A stretch of 64,000 nt of DNA, from contig OZ024740.1 of assembly GCA_964016885.1 (NCBI GenBank), forward strand, positions 364,808,001-364,872,000. The letters are read 5' to 3'. The position numbers and the translations under genes are program-made. Below the pieces are notes generated by a model that was not told where the DNA came from, made no database searches, and worked only from the letters and a program-made list of their open reading frames with translations. This document shows, piece after piece, positions 62,301 through 64,000 of this stretch; the first letter of the stretch is position 1; every line of letters starts with the position of its first letter. The stretch is from Eledone cirrhosa (lineage: Eukaryota).

Positions 62301-64000
62301 ACAGTCAGTATATGTTCTATAGTACTAACAATTAGCTAAAGATATCCTCCCCCTTCTATCAACTACAGTCAGTATATGTTCTATAGTACTAACAATTAGC
62401 TAAACATATCCTCCTCCTTCTCTCAACCACAGTCAGTATATGTTCTATAGTACTAACAATTATCTAAACATATCCTCTTCCTTCTCTCAACCACAGTCAG
62501 TATATGTTCTATAATACTAACAATTAGCTAAACATATCCTCCCCTTCTCTCAACCACAGTCAGTATATGTTCTATAGTACTAACAGTTAGCTAAACATAT
62601 CATGTTCCTTCTCTCAACCACAGTCAGTATATGTTCTATAGTACTAACAATTAGCTAAACATATCCACTTCCTTCTCTCAACCACAGTCAGTACATGTTC
62701 TATAGTACTAACAATTAGCTAAACATATCCTCCCATTCACTCAAACACAGTCAGTATATGTTCTATAGCACTAACAATTAGCTAAACATGTCCTCCTCCT
62801 TCTCTCAACTACAGTCAGTATATGTCCTATAGTACTAACAATTAGCTAAACATATCCTCCCCTCCTCTCAACCACAGTCAGTATATGTTCTATAGTGCTA
62901 ACAATTAGCTAAACATTTCCTCTCCTCCTTTCAACCACAGCCAGTATATGTTCTATAGTACTAACAATTAGCTAAACATATCCTCCTCCTTCTCTCAACC
63001 ACAGTCAGTATATGTTCTATAGTACTAACAATTAGCTAAACATATCCTCTTCCTTCTCTCAACCACAGTCAGTATATGTTCTATAATACTAACAATTAGC
63101 TAAACATATCCTCCCCTTCTCTCAACCACAGTCAGTATATGTTCTATAGTACTAACAATTAGCTAAACATATCATGTTCCTTCTCTCAACCACAGTCAGT
63201 ATATGTTCTTTAGCACTAACAATTAGCTAAACATATCCTCCTCCTTCTCTCAACCACAGTCAGTATATGTTCTATAATACTAACAATTAGCTAAACATAT
63301 CCTCCCCTTCTCTCAACCACAGTCGGTATATGTTCTATAGTACTAACAAATAGCTAAACATATCCTCTTCCTTCTCGCAACCACAGTCAGTATATGTTCT
63401 ATAGTACTAACAACTAGCTAAACATATCCTCCCCTTTCTCTCAACTACAGTCAGTATATGTTCTATAGTACTAACAATAGCTAAACATATCCTCCCCTTC
63501 TCTCAACCACAGTCAGTATATGTTCTATAGTACTAACAATTAGCTAAACATATCCTCCTCCTTCCCTCAACCACAGTCAGTATTTGTTCTATAGTACTAA
63601 CAATTAGCTAAATATATCCTCCCCCTTCTCTCAACCACAGTCAGTATATGTTCTATAGTGCTAACAATTAGCTAAACATAACCCCTTCGTTCTCTGAACC
63701 ACAGTCAGTATATGTTCTATAGTATTAAAAATTTGCTAAACATACCCTCCCCTTCTCACAACTACAGTCAGTACATGTTCTATAATACTAACAATTAGCT
63801 AAACATATCCCCTTCCTTCTCTCAACCACAGTCAGTATATGTTCTATAGTACTAACAATTAGCTAAACATATCCTCCCCCTTCTCACAACCACAGTCAGT
63901 ATATGTTCTATAGTACTAACAATTAGCTAAACATATCCTCCTCCTTCTCTCAACCACAGTCAGTATATGTTCTATAGTACTAACAATTATCTAAACATAT
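35399..64000. repeat. Satellite DNA array, 63-64 bp monomer, ~450 copies, continues past the window end
   Basis: Consensus CACAGTCAGTATATGTTCTATAGTACTAACAATTAGCTAAACATATCCTCCCC(C)TTCTCTCAAC, head-to-tail, no interruption seen. Confidence 0.99.

Noticed and set aside
35399-64000. CRISPR-like array (constant palindromic repeat plus variable segment)
   Set aside because: Variable parts are point/indel variants of one pyrimidine tract, not unique spacers; no cas genes; eukaryotic context

Overview
Repeat-dominated eukaryotic genomic DNA; the repeat types and extreme microsatellite density suggest an octopus or other cephalopod (inference). Bases 1-35.4 kb are a patchwork of (TA)n/(CA)n/(GA)n/(CAT)n microsatellites and nested retroelements. 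These include one apparently intact RTE-clade LINE (APE + RT + internal C4HC3 PHD finger, ORF 13732-16977) and about 15 truncated RTE copies with (GAT)n tails. There are also two RLE (Dong/R4-like) 3' fragments, tRNA-derived SINEs, a Tc1 remnant and a mariner-type MITE. Penelope-like element (PLE) relics include a GIY-YIG C-terminus, three long tail-out inverted repeats and about a dozen type I hammerhead ribozyme motifs from several families, none visible in the ORF track. A few minus-strand segments with canonical splice sites may be exons of a host transcript. From 35399 to the window end lies a >=28.6 kb satellite of a 63-64 bp monomer (~450 copies) with layered higher-order repeats. No complete host protein-coding gene, rRNA, tRNA or CRISPR array is supported. 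All alignments and folds were made by eye.
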